A stretch of DNA of 49,309 nt, taken from an archaeon (GTDB taxonomy: Archaea > Nanobdellota > Nanobdellia > Pacearchaeales > UBA284). How positions within the stretch are numbered: the first letter of the stretch is position 1; each line of letters starts with the position of its first letter. Shown here piece after piece: positions 35,482-43,581 of this stretch. The stretch spans positions 1-49,309 of the forward strand of contig DAOWHW010000019.1 of assembly GCA_030641225.1 (NCBI GenBank), in the 5' to 3' direction. Under the pieces are notes generated by a model that saw only the letters and a list, made by a program, of their open reading frames with translations, had not been told where the DNA came from and did no database searches. A program made the translations under genes and the position numbers.

Positions 35482-35756
35482 TTTAATTTTTCAGAAATTT
35501 TTCAAAAAAATTTTTATTTTTATTTTATGTATATTTTGTCGACGGGAAATTTTTTTTATAATTTTTTCTTTTTGATTTTTTTAAAAAAACAGAAAAGTAT
35601 TTAAAGTAAAAGTGATTTTTATTTTTAAGAATTTTAAAATTAAAAACAAAAAGAGGTTTCAAATGGCAAAGAAAAAAAAGAAAAAGAAGAAAAAAGCCAA
35701 AAAAAAGAAAAAGAGAAGATAAATTATTTTTATTTTTTTTATTTTTTTATTTTTAT

Positions 35757-36125
35757 TTATAATCTGATTAGTCCTTCTTTTGTTAGAACTATAAAATTTA
35801 TTCCAACTGGTAACTGTAAAAGAGCTGAGATAAGTGCCATATGTTCTCTTCCTGAACCACTAGCAATACTTAAGGCAACTTCTATTCCTTGAATTTTTGT
35901 TTTTAGTTTTTCTTTTAATTGCTCTATAGATAATTTAATATCTTTATTAAAATCAATATAAATAATCTCAGCTTTTTTCGCAAAATCAAGTTTATTTATT
36001 GTTGGCTTAAAAAATTCACTAGATATAATAATAACTTTATCCCATTCACCCCTCTTTACTAAACCAGCTATCTGCCCCCATGTTCCTTTACCTGTTGAAA
36101 GTAAAGCTATTAATTCCATAAACAT
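35757..36125 (-). CDS. Small Rossmann-like hypothetical protein
   Basis: 122 aa with LLSTGKGTWGQI near the N-terminus and SIASGSGREHMALISA near the C-terminus. The alternating beta/alpha pattern resembles small ligand-binding Rossmann (CARF-like) domains. This is speculative. Confidence 0.45.
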   Translation of the reverse strand: MFMELIALLSTGKGTWGQIAGLVKRGEWDKVIIISSEFFKPTINKLDFAKKAEIIYIDFNKDIKLSIEQLKEKLKTKIQGIEVALSIASGSGREHMALISALLQLPVGINFIVLTKEGLIRL

Positions 36126-36200
36126 AGTCTAAAAGAGGAATTTATAAATTTTGTTGCACTTTTTGGAAAGTTTTATAACTTTATATTGTTACGATATAAT

Positions 36201-36662
36201 ATGAAAGAGGAGTCTTTAGGAGAAATTACATTACGTAAATATGAAAAGCCTTACCAGCTAGATTCTCGCGAACTTGTTAAAAAAATTTGTTTAAGTTTTG
36301 GTTTGTTACAACCAGGAGATTCTCGAGATATAATTATTGATATTCTCTTAGTTCTACTTCATGCAAGAAAACAAAAAAAAGAACTTAATCTTGAAGAAAT
36401 AAAAGAACAAGCAATTGAACATAGAAAAGAATCTAATCTCGAGCTTAAGGGAATTGCTAATTCAAATATAAGAAGACAATTAAAAAAACTCCGTGATATA
36501 TTTATTGTAGAAAAAAAAGCAAATAATTATAGAATAACAGAATTTGAAGATCTGAAAAAAATATTTGAAGAAAAAATAGAAAGATTTTATGTTGTATCTA
36601 TAATGGATAGAATAAAAGAATATCTTGATGAACTGAATAATAGCGACGATTTGAATAAATAA
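36201..36662 (+). CDS. Putative winged-helix DNA-binding protein
   Basis: I trimmed the start to the ATG at 36201, because the track start is TTG. The pattern RDIIIDILLVLLHARK..ELNLEEI......GIANSNIRRQLKKLRDIFIVEKKANNYRI fits a wHTH layout. Confidence 0.45.
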   Translation: MKEESLGEITLRKYEKPYQLDSRELVKKICLSFGLLQPGDSRDIIIDILLVLLHARKQKKELNLEEIKEQAIEHRKESNLELKGIANSNIRRQLKKLRDIFIVEKKANNYRITEFEDLKKIFEEKIERFYVVSIMDRIKEYLDELNNSDDLNK

Positions 36663-36675
36663 TTGTGTGGAAAGC

Positions 36676-36683
36676 TTTATAAA
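36676..36683 (+). promoter_or_regulatory. Candidate TATA box for the L1-P0-P1 ribosomal operon
   Basis: TTTATAAA is preceded by the purine-rich GAAAGC (BRE-like), about 75 nt upstream of the L1 ATG. GGAGG lies 6 nt before the ATG. Confidence 0.4.
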
Positions 36684-36757
36684 TGATGTTTGTTTTTTTA
36701 TTATGTCCGTCATTACTACTGTCTAATCGGTCAGTTTAGGACAATGTAGGAGGAAAA

Positions 36758-37378
36758 ATGAATTTTTCTGAATCATTAGTAGAACTAAGAAAAAAGAATA
36801 AAGAAAGAAATTTTGATCAAACATTAGACTTAATTATAAATTTAAAAGATTTTGATCCTAGAAAAGATACAGTCAATACTTTTGTTATTTTACCTAATGT
36901 TGGTAAAAAAAAGAAGATTTGCGCTTTTCTTGAAAATCCATCAAGAGCTGTTGATTATGTAATTACAAAAAATGAAATAGATAAAATTAGTGCAAAAGAT
37001 ATTAAAGGACTAATAAAAGAATATAATTTTTTTATCGCAAATGCAAAACTCATGCCAAAGATAGCTTCTAAATTTGGAAAAGTTCTTGGTTTAGTTGGGA
37101 AAATGCCTGATCCGAAAATAGGTAGTGTTCTAACTCAAGAAAAAGATGAGATTATTTCTTCGGTAGTAGAAAAGCTATCAAATATAGTTAAGATTAGAAC
37201 AAAAGAAGCAAGCATAAAAATAGGGATAGGTAAAGAAACTATGTCTGACTCTGATCTAATTAAAAATGCTGAAACAGTTATTAATACAATAACCAAGATA
37301 TTGCCAAAAAAAGAGCTTAATATAAAATCTGTTTTACTTAAATTTACAATGAGTTTACCAATAAAAGTCAAAAAATAA
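36758..37378 (+). CDS. rpl1: 50S ribosomal protein L1 (uL1)
   Basis: ERNFDQTLDLIINLKDFD and GKVLGLVGKMPDPK are typical uL1 blocks. It is first in the conserved L1-L10-L12 order. Confidence 0.88.
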   Translation: MNFSESLVELRKKNKERNFDQTLDLIINLKDFDPRKDTVNTFVILPNVGKKKKICAFLENPSRAVDYVITKNEIDKISAKDIKGLIKEYNFFIANAKLMPKIASKFGKVLGLVGKMPDPKIGSVLTQEKDEIISSVVEKLSNIVKIRTKEASIKIGIGKETMSDSDLIKNAETVINTITKILPKKELNIKSVLLKFTMSLPIKVKK

Positions 37379-37379
37379 A

Positions 37380-38180
37380 ATGGAAAATAAAAAAGAAAAG
37401 GGAAGAACAAAGGAAATTCCAGAAAAAAAGAAAAAAGAATTAGCAAAAATAATCGAACTTATGAAAAAAAATAGTACTATTATGGTTGTTTCTATACAAA
37501 ATATTTCATCTCCACAATTTCAAAAGATTAAAAGATCATTAAAAGAGCAGGCAGCAATAAAAGTAGTTAAAAAAACATTTATGTTAAGAGCAATTGAAGA
37601 AGTTAAAAAAACTAAAAAGAATATTGAAGAATTAAATAAATGGTTTGAGAGAGGTTTTGCAATAATATTTTCAGATGCTGATCCTTTTAAACTAGCTTCT
37701 ATACTTGCAGAAAATAAATCTCCTGCTAAAGCAAGAGCTGGACAAATAGCTCCACAAAATATAGCTATTGAGGCTGGTTTAACAGACCTTCCAGCAGGCC
37801 CTATTATCTCTGAACTTAGTAAACTAAAGATTAAGGCAGGGATAGAAGCAGGAAAAATCAAAATAAAAGAATCCTCTGTTCTTATAAAAGAAGGGGAAAA
37901 AATAAATGAAGATGCAGCATTTATTCTTGCAAAATTAGATATCACCCCTTTTTCAATAGGACTTGAACCCCTAGCAGTTTATGATAGTAAACAAGATAAG
38001 ATATATGTCAAAATTAAAATAGATAAAGAAGGTATGATTAAAAACATAAAAATAATCTCACTTGAAGCATTTAATCTTGCCCTTAACATAAATTATCTAA
38101 CAAAAGAAACTATAAGCTTCCTGATTATAAAAGCCAATCAAGAAGCTAATATTATATTAAATTTAACCAATGCAAAATAA
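37380..38180 (+). CDS. rplP0: 50S ribosomal protein L10 / acidic protein P0 (uL10)
   Basis: Operon position, length and the pattern IPEKKKKELAKIIELMKKNSTIMVVSIQNISSPQFQKIKRSL fit P0. This version lacks the acidic tail. Confidence 0.8.
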   Translation: MENKKEKGRTKEIPEKKKKELAKIIELMKKNSTIMVVSIQNISSPQFQKIKRSLKEQAAIKVVKKTFMLRAIEEVKKTKKNIEELNKWFERGFAIIFSDADPFKLASILAENKSPAKARAGQIAPQNIAIEAGLTDLPAGPIISELSKLKIKAGIEAGKIKIKESSVLIKEGEKINEDAAFILAKLDITPFSIGLEPLAVYDSKQDKIYVKIKIDKEGMIKNIKIISLEAFNLALNINYLTKETISFLIIKANQEANIILNLTNAK

Positions 38181-38197
38181 TAAATTGGAGGAAAAAA

Positions 38198-38482
38198 ATG
38201 GAATATATATATGCAGCTTTATTATTGCATAAGCTCGGAAAAGAAATAACTGAAGAAAACCTGAAGAAAATAATTGAAGCAGCAGGTAGTAAGACCGATG
38301 AGTCAAAATTAAAAACAGTAATTACAACTTTAAAAGGGGTAGATATAGAAAAAACGCTAAAAGAAGCTGCAGCAATGCCAGTATCAGCCGCAGCATCAGC
38401 AGAAAAGACAGAGAAGAAGGAAGAAAAGAAAGAAGAGAAAAAAGAAGAAGCTGCAGAAGGCCTTGCCGCGCTATTCGGCTAA
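38198..38482 (+). CDS. rpl12: 50S ribosomal stalk protein P1 (L12)
   Basis: MEYIYAALLLHKLGKEITEENLKKIIEAAG, followed by an Ala/Glu/Lys-rich hinge and the conserved tail EGLAALFG. Confidence 0.9.
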   Translation: MEYIYAALLLHKLGKEITEENLKKIIEAAGSKTDESKLKTVITTLKGVDIEKTLKEAAAMPVSAAASAEKTEKKEEKKEEKKEEAAEGLAALFG

Positions 38483-38489
38483 ATATAGA

Positions 38490-38972
38490 ATGAACCCTTT
38501 ATTAGCACTAGTGTTAGGGATGCTATTAAGTATATCTCCTATTATAGAGCTTCGTGGTGGTATACCTTTCGCGGTTGCACATGGCGTTAATCCACTAACT
38601 GCTTTTATTTTTTGTTCTCTTGCTAATATAATTGTTATCCCAATAGCATTTTTATTTCTTAATTATCTCCATCATCATTTATTAAAATTCAATTTTTATA
38701 GCAGAAGCTTCAATGTTTTTTTAAAAAAATTAAGAAAACGTAAAGAAAAAGTAAAAAAGAATTATCAGATATATGGTATTATTGCTTTAACATTATTTGT
38801 TGCTATTCCATTACCTATAACAGGAGCCTGGACTGGATCTCTTATCGCCTGGCTTTTGAATTTTAAAAAAGGAAAAAGTTTTCTAGCAATATCTTTAGGA
38901 GTAATAATTGCAGGAATAATTGTAACTTTAATAGTCACTGGAATATTAACAGCGCTTGGATTCTTAATTTAA
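38490..38972 (+). CDS. Small membrane protein of the COG2426 / 'small multidrug export'-like family
   Basis: I trimmed the start to the ATG at 38490, because the track start is TTG inside rpl12. The pattern ISPIIELRGGIPFAVAHGVNP ... AIPLPITGAWTGSLIAWLL is characteristic of that family. Confidence 0.55.
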   Translation: MNPLLALVLGMLLSISPIIELRGGIPFAVAHGVNPLTAFIFCSLANIIVIPIAFLFLNYLHHHLLKFNFYSRSFNVFLKKLRKRKEKVKKNYQIYGIIALTLFVAIPLPITGAWTGSLIAWLLNFKKGKSFLAISLGVIIAGIIVTLIVTGILTALGFLI

Positions 38973-38989
38973 ATTTTAATTTAAAATTT

Positions 38990-39529
38990 TTATTTTTCTT
39001 TTCTTCGTTTTGTTCTGTCCAAAATAAATTTAACATCAGAAACAAAAGGAATTGATCTAATTTTAAAAATACTAATAGTTAGAACCCAGATAAAAATAAC
39101 ATAAATTGTATTTATACCATACCAAAAGATATTGTGAGTGATATCGAAAATTGTAGGCTTGCTAACAAGTAATACAATAAGAATAAGTAAACGCAAAATA
39201 TTCAAAATCAAGAGAAGAAAAGCATCAAAAATAAAAATAAAAACTCTTTTTTTCAAAGTTAGACCAAAAGTTAAAATATTTAGAATAAATAAAAGAGAAT
39301 AAGCACTACCAGCAATACAGGCATCTATAAATTTTATTGTAATATTTCCAATTGTTATGCTACTCAAATTAGTTGAGACTAAATCATAAAAAATATTCAG
39401 AATCCAGATTGTTGGCCAGATTGTAGGTGGTCTAAAGATAAAATAAAATAAAGGAATAAATAAAACTAAGATTGCAACAGCCATACCAACAAGATATCTA
39501 AAAAGAATTTCCCTAACCTCTCTTTCCAT
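38990..39529 (-). CDS. Miniature archaeosortase/exosortase-family protein (putative)
   Basis: 179 aa with about 6 TM segments. A candidate Cys-Arg-His triad appears in the family's usual order and context: FIDACIAGSAYSLL, LNILRLLILIV and DITHNIFWYG. Confidence 0.5.
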   Translation of the reverse strand: MEREVREILFRYLVGMAVAILVLFIPLFYFIFRPPTIWPTIWILNIFYDLVSTNLSSITIGNITIKFIDACIAGSAYSLLFILNILTFGLTLKKRVFIFIFDAFLLLILNILRLLILIVLLVSKPTIFDITHNIFWYGINTIYVIFIWVLTISIFKIRSIPFVSDVKFILDRTKRRKEK

Positions 39530-39578
39530 TATATCATGTAGAACAAAATTATTTAAATATCTTTAGCTAAAAGAAAAT

Positions 39579-40223
39579 ATGGGAAAAAGAGGCGGAAAAA
39601 GGATTGCTCTAATTTTAACTATATTGGTACTTATCCTTATAATTAGTTTCTTTATAGACAAACAAATAATTTCATTAATTCAAAATATAAGAAATCCTAT
39701 ACTAGATAGTTTTTTTTCTTGGATAAATAGTTTTGAAAAAATATATTTTTTCTATCCTTTTATATTTTTAATGCCAATATTACTACTGGCTTTTAAAAGA
39801 AGAAAATACATTAAGCCATTTACTCTTAGTTTTTTTGTTTCATTTATATTGGTATTTTTAGTTAAAATCTTTACTTCAAGGCAAAGACCTATTCCACAAG
39901 CAATAGATTTTGGCTTTGGTAAATCTTTATCTTCATTTCCTTCAGGGCATTCTTCAATTGTTTTTACAACTGTTCCTTTTATTGAATATAAACTTTTCAA
40001 GTGGTTTTCTATTTTATGGTTTATTTTAGCATGTATTTTTAGTCTGACTAGGGTTTGGTTTGGGTTGCACTATTTGAGTGATATAATTGGTGGGGCTATT
40101 ATTGGTTATAGTGTTTCGATTATCATAAAAACTGCCTGGAAAAAATTAAAAAGATCAAAAACCAAAAAGAAAAAGAAGAAAAAAGCAAAAAAAACAAAAT
40201 TAAAAAGAAAAAAGAAGAGGTAA
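39579..40223 (+). CDS. PAP2-family lipid phosphatase with a polylysine tail
   Basis: All three PAP2 motifs are present: KIFTSRQRP, PSGHS and SRVWFGLHYLSDIIGG. The C-terminus is KTKKKKKKKAKKTKLKRKKKR. Confidence 0.82.
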   Translation: MGKRGGKRIALILTILVLILIISFFIDKQIISLIQNIRNPILDSFFSWINSFEKIYFFYPFIFLMPILLLAFKRRKYIKPFTLSFFVSFILVFLVKIFTSRQRPIPQAIDFGFGKSLSSFPSGHSSIVFTTVPFIEYKLFKWFSILWFILACIFSLTRVWFGLHYLSDIIGGAIIGYSVSIIIKTAWKKLKRSKTKKKKKKKAKKTKLKRKKKR

Positions 40224-40228
40224 AATAA

Positions 40229-40816
40229 ATGGCTTTAGAACAATTTACAGTTGCTATGAAATTAATTTTAGAAAGAATAATTGAAATTTTCAATCAGCCA
40301 GCTATAAATAAAGAGATGTTATGGATACTTCTGCCCCTACTTACAGCTTTATTTTTACTAGAACTTTATTTTGGAAAATATAAAGAAGAGTTAGGGTGGA
40401 ATAGTGCTGTAAGTAATGCCCTAGTATTATTCTTCGTTGGTATGAATTTATGTGCCTTTCTCTATTCTAGAAATCAATTAGTTGGCTTTACTTTAGTCTC
40501 GCCGGAAATCTTAACTATAGCAATCAAAAAAAGTCTTATTGCCTTTATAATTGTTTTAGAAAGTGTCTTCTTGATAGTTCTTAATTTCTTTCATGCAGTA
40601 TCAAAAAAATTCGCTTTTGGTATTTCCTCTGCATTAATTATGAATTATCTCGGTGTAATTAGCGTTATTCTTATTTATTCTAATATTGGTATTGATATGA
40701 TCACTGTTCCTGCTATTCTATTACTTTTCATCCTTCTCGTAATATTCTTCTGGATCATACAGACACTAACTCCAAAAACTAAAGAACTGGAAAAAGAGGA
40801 GGAAGAGGAAGATTAA
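40229..40816 (+). CDS. Polytopic membrane protein, hypothetical
   Basis: 195 aa with about 5 TM segments and an acidic C-terminus (EKEEEEED). No motif recognised. Confidence 0.5.
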   Translation: MALEQFTVAMKLILERIIEIFNQPAINKEMLWILLPLLTALFLLELYFGKYKEELGWNSAVSNALVLFFVGMNLCAFLYSRNQLVGFTLVSPEILTIAIKKSLIAFIIVLESVFLIVLNFFHAVSKKFAFGISSALIMNYLGVISVILIYSNIGIDMITVPAILLLFILLVIFFWIIQTLTPKTKELEKEEEEED

Positions 40817-40842
40817 AAAAGAAAAAAAACTAAATAAACAGA

Positions 40843-42327
40843 ATGAGAAAAAAAGAAAAAACAGCGATAGAAAAACTTGATAAAATTACCGCCATAGCTT
40901 TAAAACGTGGATTTTTCTGGCCAACAGCAGAAATTTATGGTGGAAAAGCAGGATTATATAGTTATGGTCATCTTGGCAAAGCTGTTAAAAATAACTTTGA
41001 AAATTTATGGCGATCATATTTTCTAAGTTTTGAAAATAGTTATGAAATAGATTCTTCTATAATTCTACCAGAGCAAGTTTTTATTGCTTCAGGACATCTA
41101 GAGCATTTTAATGATCCATTAATTGAGTGTAAAACATGTCATTTTAGATTTAGAGCAGATCAGTTTATTGAAGATAATTTAAAAATTAGAGCAGAAGAAT
41201 TGACACCAGAAGAAATGTCAGACCTAATAAAAAAGAACAAACTAAAATGTCCTAAGTGTAAATCATGGCATCTTGGACAAGTAAAATGGTTTAACATGAT
41301 GTTCCCAGTATCCATGGGTGCTGTTGGAATAAAAGATTTGGCATATCTTACACCAGAAACAGCACAGTCTTCCTATCTCTCATTTAAGAGAGAATTCGAT
41401 GCTGCAAGAAAAAAACTGCCTTTAGGAATAGCTATAATTGGAAAAGCTTTCAGAAATGAAATTTCCCCAAGACAACTTTTCTTCCGACTCAGAGAATTTA
41501 CACAAGCTGAGCTTCAAATTTTCTTTGATCCTGATGAAATAAATAAGCTAAACAAGGAAGAATGGAAAGAAATTTCAAAATATGAATTAATTCTCTTAGC
41601 GCAAAAACAAAAAACACAAAAAGAAATTAGTTGTGAAGAAGCAAATAAAAAATTAAAAATTCCTAAATTTTATCTTAAGGCGATGGTTTTGGTTCAAAAA
41701 TTTTATCTTGAAAAATTAAAGATTCCAAAAAAAATGTTTCTGTTCCGTGAGCTAAGTAAAAAAGAAAGGGCTTTTTATAATAAAATTCATTGGGATATAG
41801 AACTTTATCTTGAAACTCTTGGTGGTTTCAAAGAGATTGGAGGAGTGCATTATAGAACAGATTATGATCTCTTAGGGCATGAAAAGCATAGTAAAGAAAA
41901 TCTCCATATTTTTTATAATAATAAAAAATTTATCCCACATGTTCTTGAGCTTAGCTTTGGGGTAGATAGAAACATTTGGGCATTAATGGATATCTTCTTT
42001 AAAGAAGAAAAAGAAAGAACTCTTTTCTCATTCCCTAGAACAATTTCACCTATAGATATAGCTGTTTTTTCTCTTGTAAGCAGAGAGGGTATGCCTGAAA
42101 AAGCTAAAGAAGTCTATAATATTATAAAACAAAATTTCTCATGCTTTTATGATGAATCTGGAGCTATAGGTAGAAGATATAGAAGACAAGATGAAATAGG
42201 AACACCTTACTGTATAACAATAGATAGTCAAACATTAAAAGATGATACAGTAACAATCAGGGAAAGAGATAGTATGAAACAAAAAAGAATAAAAATATCA
42301 AATCTTCTTACCGCATTAAAAACTTAA
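40843..42327 (+). CDS. glyS: Glycine--tRNA ligase (archaeal/eukaryal dimeric type)
   Basis: RGFFWPTAEIYGGKAGLYSYGHLG, class II motifs (FRNEISPR; ELSFGVDR) and an anticodon-binding C-terminus (GRRYRRQDEIGTPYCITID). Confidence 0.88.
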   Translation: MRKKEKTAIEKLDKITAIALKRGFFWPTAEIYGGKAGLYSYGHLGKAVKNNFENLWRSYFLSFENSYEIDSSIILPEQVFIASGHLEHFNDPLIECKTCHFRFRADQFIEDNLKIRAEELTPEEMSDLIKKNKLKCPKCKSWHLGQVKWFNMMFPVSMGAVGIKDLAYLTPETAQSSYLSFKREFDAARKKLPLGIAIIGKAFRNEISPRQLFFRLREFTQAELQIFFDPDEINKLNKEEWKEISKYELILLAQKQKTQKEISCEEANKKLKIPKFYLKAMVLVQKFYLEKLKIPKKMFLFRELSKKERAFYNKIHWDIELYLETLGGFKEIGGVHYRTDYDLLGHEKHSKENLHIFYNNKKFIPHVLELSFGVDRNIWALMDIFFKEEKERTLFSFPRTISPIDIAVFSLVSREGMPEKAKEVYNIIKQNFSCFYDESGAIGRRYRRQDEIGTPYCITIDSQTLKDDTVTIRERDSMKQKRIKISNLLTALKT

Positions 42328-42328
42328 G

Positions 42329-42853
42329 ATGATGTTTCGTACACATATTCTTTTTGCACTTTTCTTTTATCTTATAATCATAAAAATTTTCTCTATTAAC
42401 TTTTCATGGATATTTGCAGTTATTTTATGTTTTGGAGCTATTCTTCCTGATATAGACAGTCCTAGAAGTTATATCAATAGAAAATATCTCTTAGGTTTCG
42501 GCAAAGGAATCGCAGCATTTGCTAGACATAGAGGATTTTGGCACAGTATTTTTGGTTTATTAATCTTCGCTGCTCTATCATTTGTTGCTATTTATTTTCT
42601 AAATCAATCTATTATTTTTGCTTTTGCTCTGCCTTTTGGATATTTTCTTCATCTAACAGCAGATTCTCTTAATGTTTCTGGGATAAAATGGCTATGGAAA
42701 TCAAAAAAATTACACATAAGATGGAAAATAAGCACAGGAACTATTTCTGAACAGTTTTTCTTTATTATTTTGTTTGTTCTTACTACCTACATTATAATAG
42801 GAAATCAAGGCATTCAACAAATTACAGCTTTTGTATCTAAAATAAAACCTTAA
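42329..42853 (+). CDS. Membrane-bound metal-dependent hydrolase, DUF457/YdjM-like
   Basis: MFRTHILFAL..., LPDIDSPRS, HRGFWHS and HLTADSL are the typical His/Asp pattern of DUF457. Confidence 0.6.
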   Translation: MMFRTHILFALFFYLIIIKIFSINFSWIFAVILCFGAILPDIDSPRSYINRKYLLGFGKGIAAFARHRGFWHSIFGLLIFAALSFVAIYFLNQSIIFAFALPFGYFLHLTADSLNVSGIKWLWKSKKLHIRWKISTGTISEQFFFIILFVLTTYIIIGNQGIQQITAFVSKIKP

Positions 42854-42886
42854 AAATTAAAAACCTATTGCTGTTTCTAAAATTAA

Positions 42887-42958
42887 GGGCTCGTAGTTCA
42901 ATGGTCGAATGTTCCCTTGGCTGGGGAAAGGTTCCGGGTTCGAATCCCGGCGAGTCCA
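42887..42958 (+). tRNA. tRNA-Ala (anticodon GGC)
   Basis: GGGCTCGTAGTTCAATGGTCGAATGTTCCCTTGGCTGGGGAAAGGTTCCGGGTTCGAATCCCGGCGAGTCCA folds with acceptor GGGCTCG/CGAGTCC. That acceptor contains the G3:U70 wobble that defines alanine identity. The anticodon stem is TTCCC/GGGAA with loop TTGGCTG. Confidence 0.9.
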
Positions 42959-42999
42959 TACGAAACAATTATAAAGAAAACATTCATAAAGATAATAGA

Positions 43000-43143
43000 A
43001 TGAGAAAAAAAAGAAAAAAGGCTAAAGAAGAAAATAAGGAAAAAGTTCTTGAGATTGAACAAGAAATAAATGAGTTAGATTCTGATTCTATTAATCAATT
43101 TGAAAAGGAAGAAAAACAAATTATAAGTCGTTATATTGGGTAA
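43000..43143 (+). CDS. Possible small charged protein (47 aa)
   Basis: This is the internal ATG of track ORF 42868-43143, downstream of the tRNA: MRKKRKKAKEENKEKVLEIEQEINELDSDSINQFEKEEKQIISRYIG. It ends 2 nt before the HIT gene. It could be a real leader peptide or gene, or just an open frame. Confidence 0.25.
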   Translation: MRKKRKKAKEENKEKVLEIEQEINELDSDSINQFEKEEKQIISRYIG

Positions 43144-43145
43144 AA

Positions 43146-43559
43146 ATGGGTTCTGATTGCATATTCTGCAAAATTGCAAAAGGAGAAATTCCTTGCCACA
43201 AAATTTATGAAGATAAAGAGTTTTTTGCTTTTCTAGATGTAACTCCTATAAATAAAGGACATACACTATTAATTCCTAAAGAACATTTTAAAGATATATT
43301 TGATACTCCAGAAGAGCTAATAAGCAAAATAACACCTATTATCAAAAAAATAATGGTGGCTCTTGATAAAGCTGGTTTTGGAGAAGGTTATACTCTTGTA
43401 CAAAGAAATAGAGAAGCTGGAGGACAAGATGTTTTACATATCCATTACCATATTATTCCTAGAATAAAGGGAGATAAAAAAATAATTTTCAATTTGATTG
43501 AAAAACCTTCAGAAGAGGAAATGCAGAAGATAGCTAATAAAATAAAGAATTCTTTATAA
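43146..43559 (+). CDS. HIT family nucleotide hydrolase/transferase
   Basis: The histidine triad HIHYHIIP is present, with N-terminal CIFCKI and the NKGHTLLIPK block. Confidence 0.85.
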   Translation: MGSDCIFCKIAKGEIPCHKIYEDKEFFAFLDVTPINKGHTLLIPKEHFKDIFDTPEELISKITPIIKKIMVALDKAGFGEGYTLVQRNREAGGQDVLHIHYHIIPRIKGDKKIIFNLIEKPSEEEMQKIANKIKNSL

Positions 43560-43581
43560 AGTTCTAAGTCTTTTACAGAAT

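Noticed and set aside
35482-35756. Long AT-rich spacer as a replication origin
   Set aside because: No ORB or mini-ORB-like inverted repeats are present, and no orc1/cdc6 gene is adjacent. It is just low-complexity T/A runs between convergent genes.
36684-36757. L1 autoregulatory mRNA structure in the leader of the L1-P0-P1 operon
   Set aside because: L1 feedback binding to its own mRNA is known in methanogens, and the leader is unusually GC-containing for this genome (GTCCGTCATTACTACTGTCTAATCGGTCAGTTTAGGAC). I could only draw a 4-bp GTCC/GGAC closing stem and found no convincing mimic of the 23S L1 site. This needs proper folding and covariation before it can be claimed.
39579-40223. Polylysine C-terminal tails on many proteins (PAP2, the 268-aa coiled-coil protein, the 129-aa ORF at 32991, L44e and others) as a functional signal
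   Set aside because: The tails are real in the sequence. They are most simply explained by A-rich 3' ends in a very AT-rich genome, a common trait of such lineages. They are not specific enough to call a system.
42868-42999. N-terminal part of listed ORF 42868-43143
   Set aside because: It starts at TTG and reads straight through tRNA-Ala (42887-42958). Only the part from the internal ATG at 43000 could be real, and even that is low confidence.
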